From: a virus
Lineage: Duplodnaviria; Caudoviricetes
Virus record (IMG/VR): IMGVR_UViG_3300025098_005131
Reading direction: 5' to 3' (one strand)
Length of the DNA stretch: 64,000 nucleotides
Shown: piece after piece, positions 45,399 through 56,900 of the stretch
Layout: every line of letters starts with the position of its first letter
How positions within the stretch are numbered: the first letter of the stretch is position 1
Position numbers and translations under genes: made by a program
The notes under the pieces: generated by a model
Databases searched by the model: none
Seen by the model: the letters and a program-made list of their open reading frames with translations, nothing else
Told to the model about the DNA's origin: nothing

Positions 45399-46385
45399 TT
45401 AAAGTTGTGATATTTTTGCAAGTAGAGAATCGTTTTGTTTAAACTCTTTTGAGTCTGTTAAGCATTGATTAAATTGAGACTTTGACATATCACCAACATC
45501 GTCTGCAATTCTTGTGTCAAGTATATTAACTTTTACATCATAAGCTGTCAAAAGCTTTGCAATTTTTAAAGATTTATGGTATACGTCACTATCAAGCGCA
45601 AGATTTATTTCTGTTTTGTTTTTTACAATTTCTTGAAATAAAAGCATATCTTCTGTCAATGAAGATCCTAGCAAACAAGTTGCATTATCATTTGTTTTTA
45701 ACAAGTCAAGAGGCCCTTCTACAAGAGTTAAAGGTATGTTCCAATCAATGTTTATTTCGTTAAAAATAACATTCTTTTTAGAAACATTTGCATTTTTATA
45801 TTTTATAGGACTATTAGAATCAACATCGATATTTCGTGAAGTATAAAAATTTAAATCACCTTTTTTGTCTAATGAAGGTATTATTAAGCTTCGACGAAAC
45901 TCTGGATCACTAGAATAGCCCAGTCTAAGCATCCACATTTTATGTTTATCGACCCCTCTTTTGACTGCATATTTGAAAACTTTTAAGGTGTCTGGATTGT
46001 TCGAGCTGAAAGCGTTCACAAGCAAACTAAAACCATTTGGTATGTTTACTTGTTCTTCTTCGATTTCAAATATTTCTTCATTAAATAAGTTAATATTTAA
46101 ATCAAATGATTTTTTATGCTTTTTCGGGAATAAAGCAAGTGCTTCTTTTTGTTTTGATGGATTAATCTTGTTTATTAAGTAAGATATGTCACTTCCTTTT
46201 TTACCGCACAACCAACAATGAAACAAATCTTTTTCTAGATGAATTGCAAGTTTTAGCTTTGATTTGTTTTCGTGCTTACAGAAAGGACACCATATACTTA
46301 GGTTTTTGCCATCGTTTGAAAGTAAAGATCTATATACTATAGATTCAATAAAATCAATTTTTTTGTATGTTTGTATTTGTGTCAT
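45399..46385 (-). CDS. DNA primase (zinc finger plus TOPRIM; T4 gp61/DnaG-like, 328 aa)
   Basis: CPFC...FHCWLC zinc-binding domain; IIPS, KYKNA, LVEGPLD, LALDSD, DVGDM. Confidence 0.88.
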   Translation of the reverse strand: MTQIQTYKKIDFIESIVYRSLLSNDGKNLSIWCPFCKHENKSKLKLAIHLEKDLFHCWLCGKKGSDISYLINKINPSKQKEALALFPKKHKKSFDLNINLFNEEIFEIEEEQVNIPNGFSLLVNAFSSNNPDTLKVFKYAVKRGVDKHKMWMLRLGYSSDPEFRRSLIIPSLDKKGDLNFYTSRNIDVDSNSPIKYKNANVSKKNVIFNEINIDWNIPLTLVEGPLDLLKTNDNATCLLGSSLTEDMLLFQEIVKNKTEINLALDSDVYHKSLKIAKLLTAYDVKVNILDTRIADDVGDMSKSQFNQCLTDSKEFKQNDSLLAKISQL

Positions 46386-46941
46386 AATTTAATGCCTTAC
46401 ATATAACATATGCGTCAGACATATCATAACAAGATTCATCAAATTTTACAAGCCCTTTATTAGGACCACTTTTCAATATTTTTTCAGGCCAAGAAAATTC
46501 CCTGGTATCTTCCTGCAATTTTACCCACTGAAATACTTGCTCTTTAGTTGACTCTTTACTTTTTCTATCTAACTTTATTTCTAAGTTCTTTCTGGCACTG
46601 TTAACATTTAAGTAAATAGGAGTGCTTAAATAAACTTCAGCAGCAATATATGATACAATGCCATTAAACCTATTAAGTTGAGATAAAGTCTTTGCAGAAG
46701 AAAAACCTTTACTAAATGACTGAAATGATTCTTCTATGATAATTTTTAAGTCTTTGTTTATAATATAGTTATTTTTTAATTCACTAAAATAATCTTTTAC
46801 ACGTTTTGACTTTTCAAATATACATTTTGTTTTTTTTAAATTAATATTATGTAAATTTATCATTCTTCTATTAGAATCTAAAAGACATATACCTATAATT
46901 GATGTAGAGATATCTAAACCAATATAACTTACTTCACTCAT
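46354..46941 (-). CDS. RuvC-like Holliday junction resolvase (195 aa)
   Basis: IGLDISTSIIG, IIIEE, LNRFNGIVSY, SARK, DMSDAYVI catalytic pattern. Confidence 0.8.
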   Translation of the reverse strand: MSEVSYIGLDISTSIIGICLLDSNRRMINLHNINLKKTKCIFEKSKRVKDYFSELKNNYIINKDLKIIIEESFQSFSKGFSSAKTLSQLNRFNGIVSYIAAEVYLSTPIYLNVNSARKNLEIKLDRKSKESTKEQVFQWVKLQEDTREFSWPEKILKSGPNKGLVKFDESCYDMSDAYVICKALNYDTNTNIQKN

Positions 46942-49900
46942 TCAATAATCCAACTTTAATCTAAATAATACATTATCTGAAGATTTTTTAGCAAAAGGCT
47001 TAGCTAATTTAGCTTTTGCAACGACATTAAGATTTTCATCATGTATGTTTATATCTGTAATATAAACAAAACTTTCGTCTGCGTTAAACGCAGATTCATT
47101 ATGCCTTAAATCTTCATTATATGAAGTATTTCTAGAAAAATTAGATTCTCCTTCGAAAGCAGGAAGATTAAGCTCAAAAACATTAATACTAGAAGAAGAA
47201 TTAAACGTTATTTTAAATGTATCTCTACCAAAATTTTCTAAGGATGGATGTAATACAGAACAAATGCCTTCTTTGTATAAGACATGACCAACTGTATTCC
47301 AATCAGCATGCTTTGTATTACAGTCAGCACGATAAAGACCTCCCTTTCCGTTATCTTTAAGCCTAACTTTAACAGACCCAAGAGTTCCACCTAAACTACC
47401 ATCATATATTTCAAAAGACTCTTTTTTGATTTCGTTACCAAAAACTTGTGTTGAAATACAAAAACTAGTAGAATGAATTTCACTTAAACTTCTTGTCAAG
47501 TCGTAATAAGGAGCATCTAGTTTAAAATAAGGAATAGATTCGTTTTCATTAATACTTTTTGTAAAAACTGGAGCACTAAAAGTATCAATACTATTAGTAA
47601 TATTATTATTAATTACTCTAGAAACAGGATTTGAAAGATCTCTAAAGAAAGACAGTGGAGTTGTTACAAAAAAGTCGGCATCCGCTTTGTCGTATCTAAG
47701 TAGCAAAGTCATAGAATTATTAATGTTGTAATTGATTCTGTGATAGTTTCTCAAAGAAGCATTTTTAAACTTGTTATAAGAAGATCTAAAAGTCTTTCCA
47801 GATTCTATTGTAATTAAGTCTCTTTCATCTTCAGGTAAAATAAAAGTTTGATCAGCATTAATTAATTCTTGGAAACCTGATATTAACTGTAATTTTTCTG
47901 GTTTTTCTATTACAATTTCATTATCATATACTTTTTCCAAGTCTATATAACTCAAGTCTTCTCTACCATTCAATATATGTGAAAAGCCGTCATAGTTATC
48001 ATAATATCCTTTGAAATTGCTATAATCCATATAATGCAAACCATTATCGCATGGCATAATAAAATTGTTTTTATAGTAGAAGTTTGCTATTGAACTATGA
48101 GAAGAAGTAGCAATTTCATCATCATCTGGACTGCCAGCTCCTGAGCCAAAATAAGCTGGCAAGTCTAAAATTTCATGATTTAAAATTTTTTCTTCTTCAT
48201 TAGAAGAATACAGCATGTCAAGAGTTTGTCTACCTAATTTACAGTCTTCATTCCTACTATTATTACTATGGAAAAGAAAACTCGCATATTTATAAAAGCT
48301 TTCGTCATCATTAAAGTTATGACCAAAAACAACATTAGGTCTAACTTTCTTTTTAAATTCGACTACGAAAGCATCAACATTTACTTCGTGACCAAAGCAT
48401 TTATTTAAAAAGTAAGGATTGACAGGGCTTCTGTACGCAGCATTAACTGTAGAGATTTCCGAACCAGTGTATTCATTGTTTGTAGCTATACTAGTGTAGC
48501 CGGAGTCATTAATGTTATATATTGAACTTCTTGCAACGTAATCATCATAATACAATACAGGCACAGAAAATACAAGGTTTTCTTCAGTAAAGTCTGTAAT
48601 GTTTTTAAACATTATTTTTTTATTTATATCTTCTACAAATTCACTGTAGATTCTTATATCATACAAATCAGCATTAAGTCCAAGTGACACAGTTTCATAA
48701 GCTCCGTCGTTATCATTGATTATAAAGTCAGTTGGCTCTCCTCTCCTTCTCTGAGGTTCACCAATCTTGACAATTTTAGTTCCCATAAAAAAATAAAATT
48801 TATCTGCATTTCTAGGACTGAATGTTTCTGGCACCCCTAATAGTGTATCTGAATTATTAAAGTCTGTGCCGAAAGATATGTTTTTATTTATAAAAGGACC
48901 TAAATTATCATCATCAGCATCTCTATCTCTTGAGAATAAAAGCTTGAAAGCACTTTCTAGCTTTATAAGTGGTGGGCTGTGATCTTGATGAGATAAACTG
49001 TTGATTCTATTTCCTATAGATATAATATTGTTTCCTAATCTAGAAATTTTTTTTAAGCTTAAACCCTGGAGTTTACTTTTTTCTATATTTTTAAAATCAT
49101 CATTAAAAAAGACTCCAAAATCACTATTATTTATCTGATTTGTATAATTTTGATAAACTTTGTGTCTAAATTCTTGTTTGCAAAAATTAACATTGTCAAC
49201 GTCAATTAAAATATTCCATTTATGTGTACTCGTGGTTTGTCCATGACCGCTGGTGACCGGACTTGGATCTCCTAAGTATTTGAGTCTTATACAAACATTA
49301 TGCCAACTATTATGATTTAAAACATTTTTTTTTGTAAAAAATATTTTATTTTGATAGTGTGCACCTTCATCATCATTGATAAGACGACCTGACCCTTGTG
49401 TAGTATAATTATCGTTGCTACTACTACCTCTAAGATTGCTTAAATCGTTCCCAAAAGTATCAACACCAACTACTACGCATATATTAAATTTATCTGTTTT
49501 GTTTTCTTCATCAAGAGAATCTCCTGGTAAAATATAAACACTTATTAAGCCAGGAATATGTAATATACAACCTGGATTATAATAATGAATATCTTCATCA
49601 CTTAGTTTTATATTTTGTTGTCTTGGGTTAATCCAAAAAGACACAGTCATATCGTCGTTTTTTAAAAAGTCGTAAGCTTGTTTTTCATCTTCAAGTCTGT
49701 TTGGGTAAAACAGTCCGTTAGCATGAGAATATTGACGAGTAAATTCAGCCTGATTTCTAGCTGTATCTTTTTTAGAAATTGTAAAAAAGCTTAAACAGTT
49801 AAAATTAGTAAAACCCCAAGAAGGATTAATTACTCTATGCTGCATATTGTTCTTATAATAATTAAAGAGATTTTTTATTGACTTTTTCTTAAAGTAATTA

Positions 49901-50256
49901 CTATCTTCAACAATATACTGCTGCTTTACTTTTTCTACACCAAATTTGAAATCTTTTGAATTATCTAAAAATAAGTTGTCATTTTCAGAAAAGGTTTGTC
50001 CAACTTGAACAGAATCTCCCAGCGAGCCTTTTACGTTGTAATATCTATCACCCGCGCCACTCTCGTCGCTGTTATTATATACAATTGACTTTGCGTTTAC
50101 TTGACCAAAAGTTCCAGATTCGTTAACGCCTAAATCTTCTTTTATTGCATTTGTAATATTTTCTGATTCATCAGTAACAAAAGTGTATTCTACTTGAGGC
50201 TGTAACTCTATTTTATTTTTAGTCACCATGTTGTTGCTGATTAGATTTAAAGGCAT
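46942..50256 (-). CDS. Large putative baseplate/tail-tip protein with a LamG/ConA-like segment (1104 aa)
   Basis: TVSFWINP...WHNVCI...ISIGN...LYDIRIYS laminin-G-like pattern; C-terminal YITDINIHDENLNVVAKAKLAKPFAK...FRLKLDY. Confidence 0.6.
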   Translation of the reverse strand: MPLNLISNNMVTKNKIELQPQVEYTFVTDESENITNAIKEDLGVNESGTFGQVNAKSIVYNNSDESGAGDRYYNVKGSLGDSVQVGQTFSENDNLFLDNSKDFKFGVEKVKQQYIVEDSNYFKKKSIKNLFNYYKNNMQHRVINPSWGFTNFNCLSFFTISKKDTARNQAEFTRQYSHANGLFYPNRLEDEKQAYDFLKNDDMTVSFWINPRQQNIKLSDEDIHYYNPGCILHIPGLISVYILPGDSLDEENKTDKFNICVVVGVDTFGNDLSNLRGSSSNDNYTTQGSGRLINDDEGAHYQNKIFFTKKNVLNHNSWHNVCIRLKYLGDPSPVTSGHGQTTSTHKWNILIDVDNVNFCKQEFRHKVYQNYTNQINNSDFGVFFNDDFKNIEKSKLQGLSLKKISRLGNNIISIGNRINSLSHQDHSPPLIKLESAFKLLFSRDRDADDDNLGPFINKNISFGTDFNNSDTLLGVPETFSPRNADKFYFFMGTKIVKIGEPQRRRGEPTDFIINDNDGAYETVSLGLNADLYDIRIYSEFVEDINKKIMFKNITDFTEENLVFSVPVLYYDDYVARSSIYNINDSGYTSIATNNEYTGSEISTVNAAYRSPVNPYFLNKCFGHEVNVDAFVVEFKKKVRPNVVFGHNFNDDESFYKYASFLFHSNNSRNEDCKLGRQTLDMLYSSNEEEKILNHEILDLPAYFGSGAGSPDDDEIATSSHSSIANFYYKNNFIMPCDNGLHYMDYSNFKGYYDNYDGFSHILNGREDLSYIDLEKVYDNEIVIEKPEKLQLISGFQELINADQTFILPEDERDLITIESGKTFRSSYNKFKNASLRNYHRINYNINNSMTLLLRYDKADADFFVTTPLSFFRDLSNPVSRVINNNITNSIDTFSAPVFTKSINENESIPYFKLDAPYYDLTRSLSEIHSTSFCISTQVFGNEIKKESFEIYDGSLGGTLGSVKVRLKDNGKGGLYRADCNTKHADWNTVGHVLYKEGICSVLHPSLENFGRDTFKITFNSSSSINVFELNLPAFEGESNFSRNTSYNEDLRHNESAFNADESFVYITDINIHDENLNVVAKAKLAKPFAKKSSDNVLFRLKLDY

Positions 50257-50270
50257 GATATCACTTTCTT

Positions 50271-51452
50271 TTAAAAGTCTAGTCTTACGCTAATAGATAA
50301 GTCAACTTCTGGATTTTTTTCAATAGGCCTAGAAGTCTTTGCAACAGCAACTAAGTCATTTCCTGAATATAGACCAATTGTAGTTACATAAGAAAAAGGA
50401 TCGTCACCTTTGTCTTGAATACATCTAATTGTCCCATCATCGTCTGTGTATGTTGGATTTGAAGAATAATTGCAATCATTAGGTCCTACTCTAGCAATAT
50501 AAATACTCGAATTAATACTTGTTGTATTTATAAATCCCATTGCAGATTGAACTGCCGTACCAAATCTAGTACCACATATATGATTTAAAATTTGATCAAT
50601 CGAAGCAACTTTCCACAAATCTAAAATCTTATTACCGCCACCCTCAACCCACGTTTCTGTGCCAGACAATGTCGCTACATCGCCTGTTAATACTTGATCC
50701 ACGTTAAATACTTTTTCTGCATCAAGTATTACTATGCCTTTATCATAAAAGATCAAACCGACGTTACTTGAACTATCAGGCGATTTAATATTTCCAATTG
50801 CACCACCGATTGATGTAATGCTTAGATTACTACTTGCGTCACTGTCAGTATATAGATTAAATTCATTCGTGTCTGACCCGACGACGTCAAGATCAACTAC
50901 ATCATTATTATTGGCAGCTGATGTATCATTGTATAACTTTATTGAAAACTGGTCTTTGTCTAAGCCGTCTCGAGTAAAAAGTCTTTTTATGTTAATAAAA
51001 ATTGGGTAATCAATTCTTGAAGCATCATCGCTACTAGAATATGGGCTATGAAAAGACGCAGATGAATCACCTAATAATACTTGTGCGTATTGTTTATAAA
51101 TATTTACTTTTTCTCTACCCATTAAAAAAGTATCTGCAAAATTTAATTTTCCATTATTGTCAACTTGAATCGTTTCATCACAAACCTCAAAAGAACCATT
51201 TGCGTTTGCTTTTGCATAAGCACCAATTGTAATATCAAGCATTTCATTAGAAGTTTGCAATGAAAAGTTCTGATCAAACACAGTATGAAAAAGAGAACTC
51301 GTTATATCAGGTGTTCCAGACTTTGTAAATACGTCGTATGTTTTTCTGCTAGAAGTTGATGCAATATCAGCTTGTATTATGTCGACTAATTGTCTTACTT
51401 TTGATTGTTTTACAACTATATCTTCGTTGCTAAAGTTTCCTCTAAATGCCAT
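50271..51452 (-). CDS. Putative baseplate wedge/tail-collar protein (393 aa)
   Basis: NVGLIFYDKGIVIL and C-terminal YVTTIGLYSGNDLVAVAKTSRPIEK...SVRLDF, homologous to the C-terminus of the 1104-aa neighbour. Confidence 0.6.
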   Translation of the reverse strand: MAFRGNFSNEDIVVKQSKVRQLVDIIQADIASTSSRKTYDVFTKSGTPDITSSLFHTVFDQNFSLQTSNEMLDITIGAYAKANANGSFEVCDETIQVDNNGKLNFADTFLMGREKVNIYKQYAQVLLGDSSASFHSPYSSSDDASRIDYPIFINIKRLFTRDGLDKDQFSIKLYNDTSAANNNDVVDLDVVGSDTNEFNLYTDSDASSNLSITSIGGAIGNIKSPDSSSNVGLIFYDKGIVILDAEKVFNVDQVLTGDVATLSGTETWVEGGGNKILDLWKVASIDQILNHICGTRFGTAVQSAMGFINTTSINSSIYIARVGPNDCNYSSNPTYTDDDGTIRCIQDKGDDPFSYVTTIGLYSGNDLVAVAKTSRPIEKNPEVDLSISVRLDF

Positions 51453-51470
51453 TTTCTATAGTCCTTCTTT

Positions 51471-52220
51471 TTATAATGTGTTGCTAGTAATCGTAACAGG
51501 AATAATAAATGTTGCTCCTGAAGAAGCACCTTCTATTTCAATCTGGGTCTTTATTTCATTAGGGTTGCTTGAAGAAGCGTAATACTGATATGTGCTAGTA
51601 GAAACTTTATTTATTGCTGATATAGTAAATGATAAAAATCTTTGGCCTACAAATTCTTGTGTAGTATTTCTACCTTCTATAACACTGTTAACTTCATACA
51701 CAGCAACATTATTTCTATTATCAGGAGGTTCTATGTCTTCTCCTGTTATTTCTAAGAGTTCATCAAAAACTTTTATAGAAAATGTATCATCTATTAGACC
51801 TGACTCTGTTAGCTCAAAGTCTGTGTCTTGACTTAAGAAAGTTTTAACATTAACAACTAAACTTTTGTTATTTGTAGACTCAGAGTTAGATGATAAAGTA
51901 TAGGTTAGCGCACTGTCTTCTAACTGAATTTTTGGGAAAGCAAATATTTCTGTTGTATTATTTGTTAGAGAAATATTTTCATATTTAATTGCAAGATCTT
52001 GATCAGTTATTGCTTCAAAAACAGGTGTGTTTTTTTCAATCTTTTCTTTTCCAATAATTAATCCGTAATGCTTTAATACTTCATAGTCTACTTCATCGTC
52101 AGCAAAACTAAAACTTGTAATATTAAAACTACCGTCATTTCTAGCTAATAGTTCTCTACCTTTTTCTGTTAAGACTGCATCAACTATTATATTGTTTGTT
52201 GCATGATTTAAAAAGCCCAT
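51471..52220 (-). CDS. Putative baseplate/tail-collar protein (249 aa)
   Basis: MGFL...IIVDAVLTEKGRELLARNDGSFNITSFSFADDEVDY; AGGAG RBS. Confidence 0.6.
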   Translation of the reverse strand: MGFLNHATNNIIVDAVLTEKGRELLARNDGSFNITSFSFADDEVDYEVLKHYGLIIGKEKIEKNTPVFEAITDQDLAIKYENISLTNNTTEIFAFPKIQLEDSALTYTLSSNSESTNNKSLVVNVKTFLSQDTDFELTESGLIDDTFSIKVFDELLEITGEDIEPPDNRNNVAVYEVNSVIEGRNTTQEFVGQRFLSFTISAINKVSTSTYQYYASSSNPNEIKTQIEIEGASSGATFIIPVTITSNTL

Positions 52221-52278
52221 TTATAACTCCTAGTTTTATTATAAATATTATTATATTTCTATATATCGTTAACAAATT

Positions 52279-53925
52279 TTATCTGTCAAAATTTGCAATA
52301 TTAAATTCTTTTTCGTATTTAGATAGCGTATTTAGCTTTAAAATAGTAAACTTAAACTTTGCTTCATCCTTAAAAACATTAATTGTTTGATTGTTATCTC
52401 TAGAGATTTTAGTAAACTCTGGAGTCACGTAAAGTGATATTTTATTGACATTTTGTAAAAAAGGTAAATTATCAACAACGCCTACTTCGTTTTGAAAAAA
52501 CAAAGTTTTACTTTTTATTTTCTCATTTGGCTTGTCTCTTTTAGCTCCTTCTGGAGAAATTACATCATATATTACTTTGTCTTCAAAGGGATCAAACATT
52601 ACTGCAGTTTGTGTAGAATAGTCTGAAATTAGTCCATGTGCGTCAATAAGTCTAAGACAATATATGGTTACTCTACCTGGCTGATAGTCTTTATCAATAT
52701 ACTTAAACGGCAGTTTATTTGGCGTTGCAATAATATTTTCCTGTAAGATAATTTCATTTTTCGTGTATAAATCATTAACACTATGTGCTTCTAGTTGCGC
52801 AATAACTGTAAATGGGTCATCAATAGAATATCTTCTTAAGACTTGTACTCCTCTACCGTCTTCTTGATAGTCTTTTGGAAACTTCCAAGAAATTCTTATT
52901 TTTTTATCATTGTTCACTTTAAAGTTAACTTCTCGTGGCGGCGGCGGCGCTTCAGTTTCTATACAGTCAATATCTTTAGTAATAAAAGGAAAGTCAGTTA
53001 TTAAAAATTTGTTTGTTATATAATGATTATCTGGATCTGGCCAGTTATATAAATAAACTTTACTTACAACATATCGATACGTCTTACCATACGCAACATT
53101 TTCGTCTTCTATTTTGTTTTTTATACTTAATTTAATATCTCCAGGCTTTGAAGTATAAAATTTTCCTCCCAGGTATGTGTAAGTAAAACTACTTTCTTTT
53201 CTAAACTTTTTTACTAATAGGCCACACAATACAGCATTTTTTTTACTAAAGTCTTCAAGTGTTTGATTAGTATTTATATTAGAGCTTAGTTTAACGACAT
53301 TAGGAAACAAAATACCATTTTCTCTTGCAGATCTTAGTGTTTCAATTTTTCCTAGATTATTTGAAGAAATTAATTCATCATATAAATCAATATGCTCTGA
53401 AAAGTCTGATTCAGGAAAATCTTTTTGTAAAAGCAAATTGGATATATTTAACCCTTTATTAAAAGAAACTTTATAACTTGTCTTAAGCAATCCTGCATAG
53501 TAATCTTTAGATTCAATATTATTTGCTAGATAATGATTTAATGAATGCTTTGATTCGTCCACATCCAAATTCACAGTTAAATTATTTCTTTCTGCATTGA
53601 AGTTGTCTATTTCATTAAACTTTTTTATAGTAGCTTGATCAATATAGTCAGTTAGTGATAATAAATAAACATCGTTTTCAAAGTTATTAAAATTGTATTC
53701 TTCATTAGAAAGATTAGAAAAATTAAAACTTAATCTAACAAATCTATTTTTAACTAAGTCTATTTGCCCTCTATCTTTTATTCCTTTGTCAACTATTGAT
53801 GTTTCATTATTTCTATATCTATTGTATACAAAGTCTATTTTAGGCGACAAAGCATCGCTGTTTATTCTAATTCTACTTTTCAAAGAAGAATTTATAGATA
53901 TTAAATTATCAAATACTTTTGTCAT
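52279..53925 (-). CDS. Hypothetical structural protein with an FN3-like segment (548 aa)
   Basis: PPPPREVNF...IRISWKFP...GVQVLRR...YIDKD...YCLRLIDAHGLISDYS pattern. Confidence 0.55.
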   Translation of the reverse strand: MTKVFDNLISINSSLKSRIRINSDALSPKIDFVYNRYRNNETSIVDKGIKDRGQIDLVKNRFVRLSFNFSNLSNEEYNFNNFENDVYLLSLTDYIDQATIKKFNEIDNFNAERNNLTVNLDVDESKHSLNHYLANNIESKDYYAGLLKTSYKVSFNKGLNISNLLLQKDFPESDFSEHIDLYDELISSNNLGKIETLRSARENGILFPNVVKLSSNINTNQTLEDFSKKNAVLCGLLVKKFRKESSFTYTYLGGKFYTSKPGDIKLSIKNKIEDENVAYGKTYRYVVSKVYLYNWPDPDNHYITNKFLITDFPFITKDIDCIETEAPPPPREVNFKVNNDKKIRISWKFPKDYQEDGRGVQVLRRYSIDDPFTVIAQLEAHSVNDLYTKNEIILQENIIATPNKLPFKYIDKDYQPGRVTIYCLRLIDAHGLISDYSTQTAVMFDPFEDKVIYDVISPEGAKRDKPNEKIKSKTLFFQNEVGVVDNLPFLQNVNKISLYVTPEFTKISRDNNQTINVFKDEAKFKFTILKLNTLSKYEKEFNIANFDR

Positions 53926-56900
53926 AATATGTTTGCCTCTATAATAAATGAATATCCAACGTTTGACTCTTTTTTCGTATATAGATTTTTACGAAAATCA
54001 TCATAACTCTCTCTATAATCTGAATTTTCATACACTTCTTTGTCTATTCTTCTAATTAACTCACTTCTTTCTATTTTTATATTAAATATATCATAATAAA
54101 TATCGTCTGTGAATATTTTTGCAAACTCTGTCATAGACATATTGTAGTCAAGCATTTTTAAAAAGTCATATGCATAAATCTGACTGTCAATAACCTCTAA
54201 ATTGTTTAACAAGTCCATTGTTCCATTTTCTAAGTTTATAATACTATCAAAAACATCTTTTTCTTTTAAAAATACTTTCTTGAATTCTTGATCAGACATG
54301 TTTTCATATACGTTAGTTGTCATAGAAGATAAAATATTTTTTGACGACGTACTCTCTAAGTTTAGATCTTTTTCATTAAAAACTTTTTGTTTTACATAAT
54401 CACAATATTTAACTGCATTAGAAGTTGCAATTTGATCATATATTAATGCATAAACGTCTTCGTTCTCTCTAATTGACCCATCTTCAGGCTCGAACAAGGC
54501 ATTTTCAAAATTTGTTCCTTCAACTATGTTTTTAATATATAATTCTGCTGTATCTCTATTTAAAATAGACATTCTATTTTCTAAACTCTTAATATTATGA
54601 TCAAAATATCCGACAAAATCATATGGATCAATTTGCTCAAAATTATTTTGTTCTTTAAGCAGTCTATAATGAAAAGGTAAGATATTTGTAAAACAAGGCA
54701 TATAATAATAATTTAGTGGTTTAAAATAAACATCAGGAAATTTATGATTTACAATATTTATTTTAATATGCAATACTTTGTTTTCTAAAACTTCTTTTGC
54801 TAAATCATACTTAATACCTAATCTAATAATATCGATATTTGAATTTCTGTCTATACCTTGTTGTTCATATGTTCTATAAATTTTATGAATAGACTTTTTA
54901 CATAGTTCTTTACTTAGTTCTTCTATCTTTTTATTTGGTCCAAACGCACCATCTTGAGAAAGAGAGTTTTCAAGATTTAAAATTCCTTGACTACTATTTA
55001 GCTTACTATACACGAAGTTTTGGTAAAGATATCTATCAATTGCATACTTTGATATTTTGTTTAATTTTGCATCATTATTAATGTATCTTAAGAAAGAAGG
55101 CAAACTATTTAAACCATCACCTAAGTCTGCCAATAAGTTTTCTACTTCATTAAAACTACTGTTTATACTTCCAGAAATACTTTGTAACTGAATATTTTCC
55201 TTACTATATAACCAATAGTGTAAAATATCATGACTTACTGCTTCAAGATCATTTGTATTACAAAAAGTATTATAACAAGCGTCCAAGTCATTTCTAACTT
55301 TAGTGTTTCCAGTGGGCAGTGCGCCTCCACTGAACACTTGCCTGCGCAGATCTCCCGGGACATAGACTGCGGCTCTAGCTGCCCGCTGGTGGTTTTTTAA
55401 CTCTTCTCTAACCACATCCAAAACTTCATTGTCCCAAATAAGCTCTGGGCTTAAAGTAAACGTTGAATTTCCTTTTGAAACATCATTGTCGCTGCTATAA
55501 AGATTATCTCCATAAGTTCCTGATTGATTAAATTCAAATTTAGTTATTTTATCTATATTTTTCTTAATAGATAAGTTTGTAACTTGGTCGTAATAAAAAG
55601 AAAAATGCTCAGCAATAGGCTTTATTAGATCATATACAACTTGAATAATACTATCATTGTTATTTATAAAGTCTGTTATACTAGATGCGTCATCAAAGTC
55701 TGAATTGTTATAATAACTCATCACTTCAATAATACTATTTTTTAAATTTTTTGAAAGCGTCCCAACAGATTCTAATTTATAAAAGTCTTCAAGATTCATA
55801 GAATATGAAGTAGTATAATTTAAATTATTTTTTAAACTTTCATACCTACTATTAACTTCATCTGTGCTGTTAGTATACGGGTTTATCATTTGTCTATAAA
55901 AAAGATTATCTGTGTCCAAGTTAAGCATAGCATCTTGGCCCTCTAGGATTGTATCATTATTTGTATCTGTTAAATTGTCCTCCATCACAATATAACTAAT
56001 TTCTGATTTTTCTGATGCTATATTAAATAAAACTTTTTTATTGTCTATGTTTTCTATATTTGCTGAAAAATTATCTTCACTGTTTATAGAAGATGTTTTC
56101 TCACATAAATAAGCGTCATAGTTAAATGATTTGCTTGTAATGAAATTTTTAAAAGACTTGTCATCTGAAGATAAAACATAACCTCTATTTCTAATATTTT
56201 GTCCGTCGCCAAACGCAATAATATCAGAGTAAAATAACTTCATAGGCTCTATGTTATTGCTAAATCTAAATTTATGCAGTATAAAAGGAAAAAGAAGTTG
56301 ATATACTTCTCCACCTATTGTAGAAAGTTCTCCGTAACTATCATTTTGTTCATCTCTATTTGCGGCAGCAGTATTTAACTTATACTCGCTTCTTGCTTTG
56401 CTTGCACTTATTTTGCTTAAACACTGCTCACTTAAAGTCCTGATAGTAAAACTTTGTTGCTTTTTAAAATTTTCCGTGTCAAAGACTTTTCCTATATACT
56501 TGTTATAACTTCCGTTAGTTGCCTCATTTAATTCAGTATAACTACCAATATTAAAACCATTTTTTTGCATTAAAGCTACATAAACTAAGTACTTAGCAAT
56601 ATCCAAACTGTCATCCCCAGCAATCGCATCTGATAAAAGTTTTTCAAAGCCAAGAAACCACCAGTTTGTTTGGGAAATAGCTATTTTTGTTGATAGATTT
56701 AAATAATTTAAATAAGTTTTTTCTGATTTAAAAAATCCAACGGGAAAATAATTTGACATAAATTTTCTATAGTCTGAAGAATTTATGTCAAATTGAATAT
56801 TACCGACTTGATTATTTTCTAAAACATATTGATCTAAAGGCTTTACTTTTTCGCTGTTTAACAAAAAATTATTTTTTGAATAAAACTTTTCATTACTATT

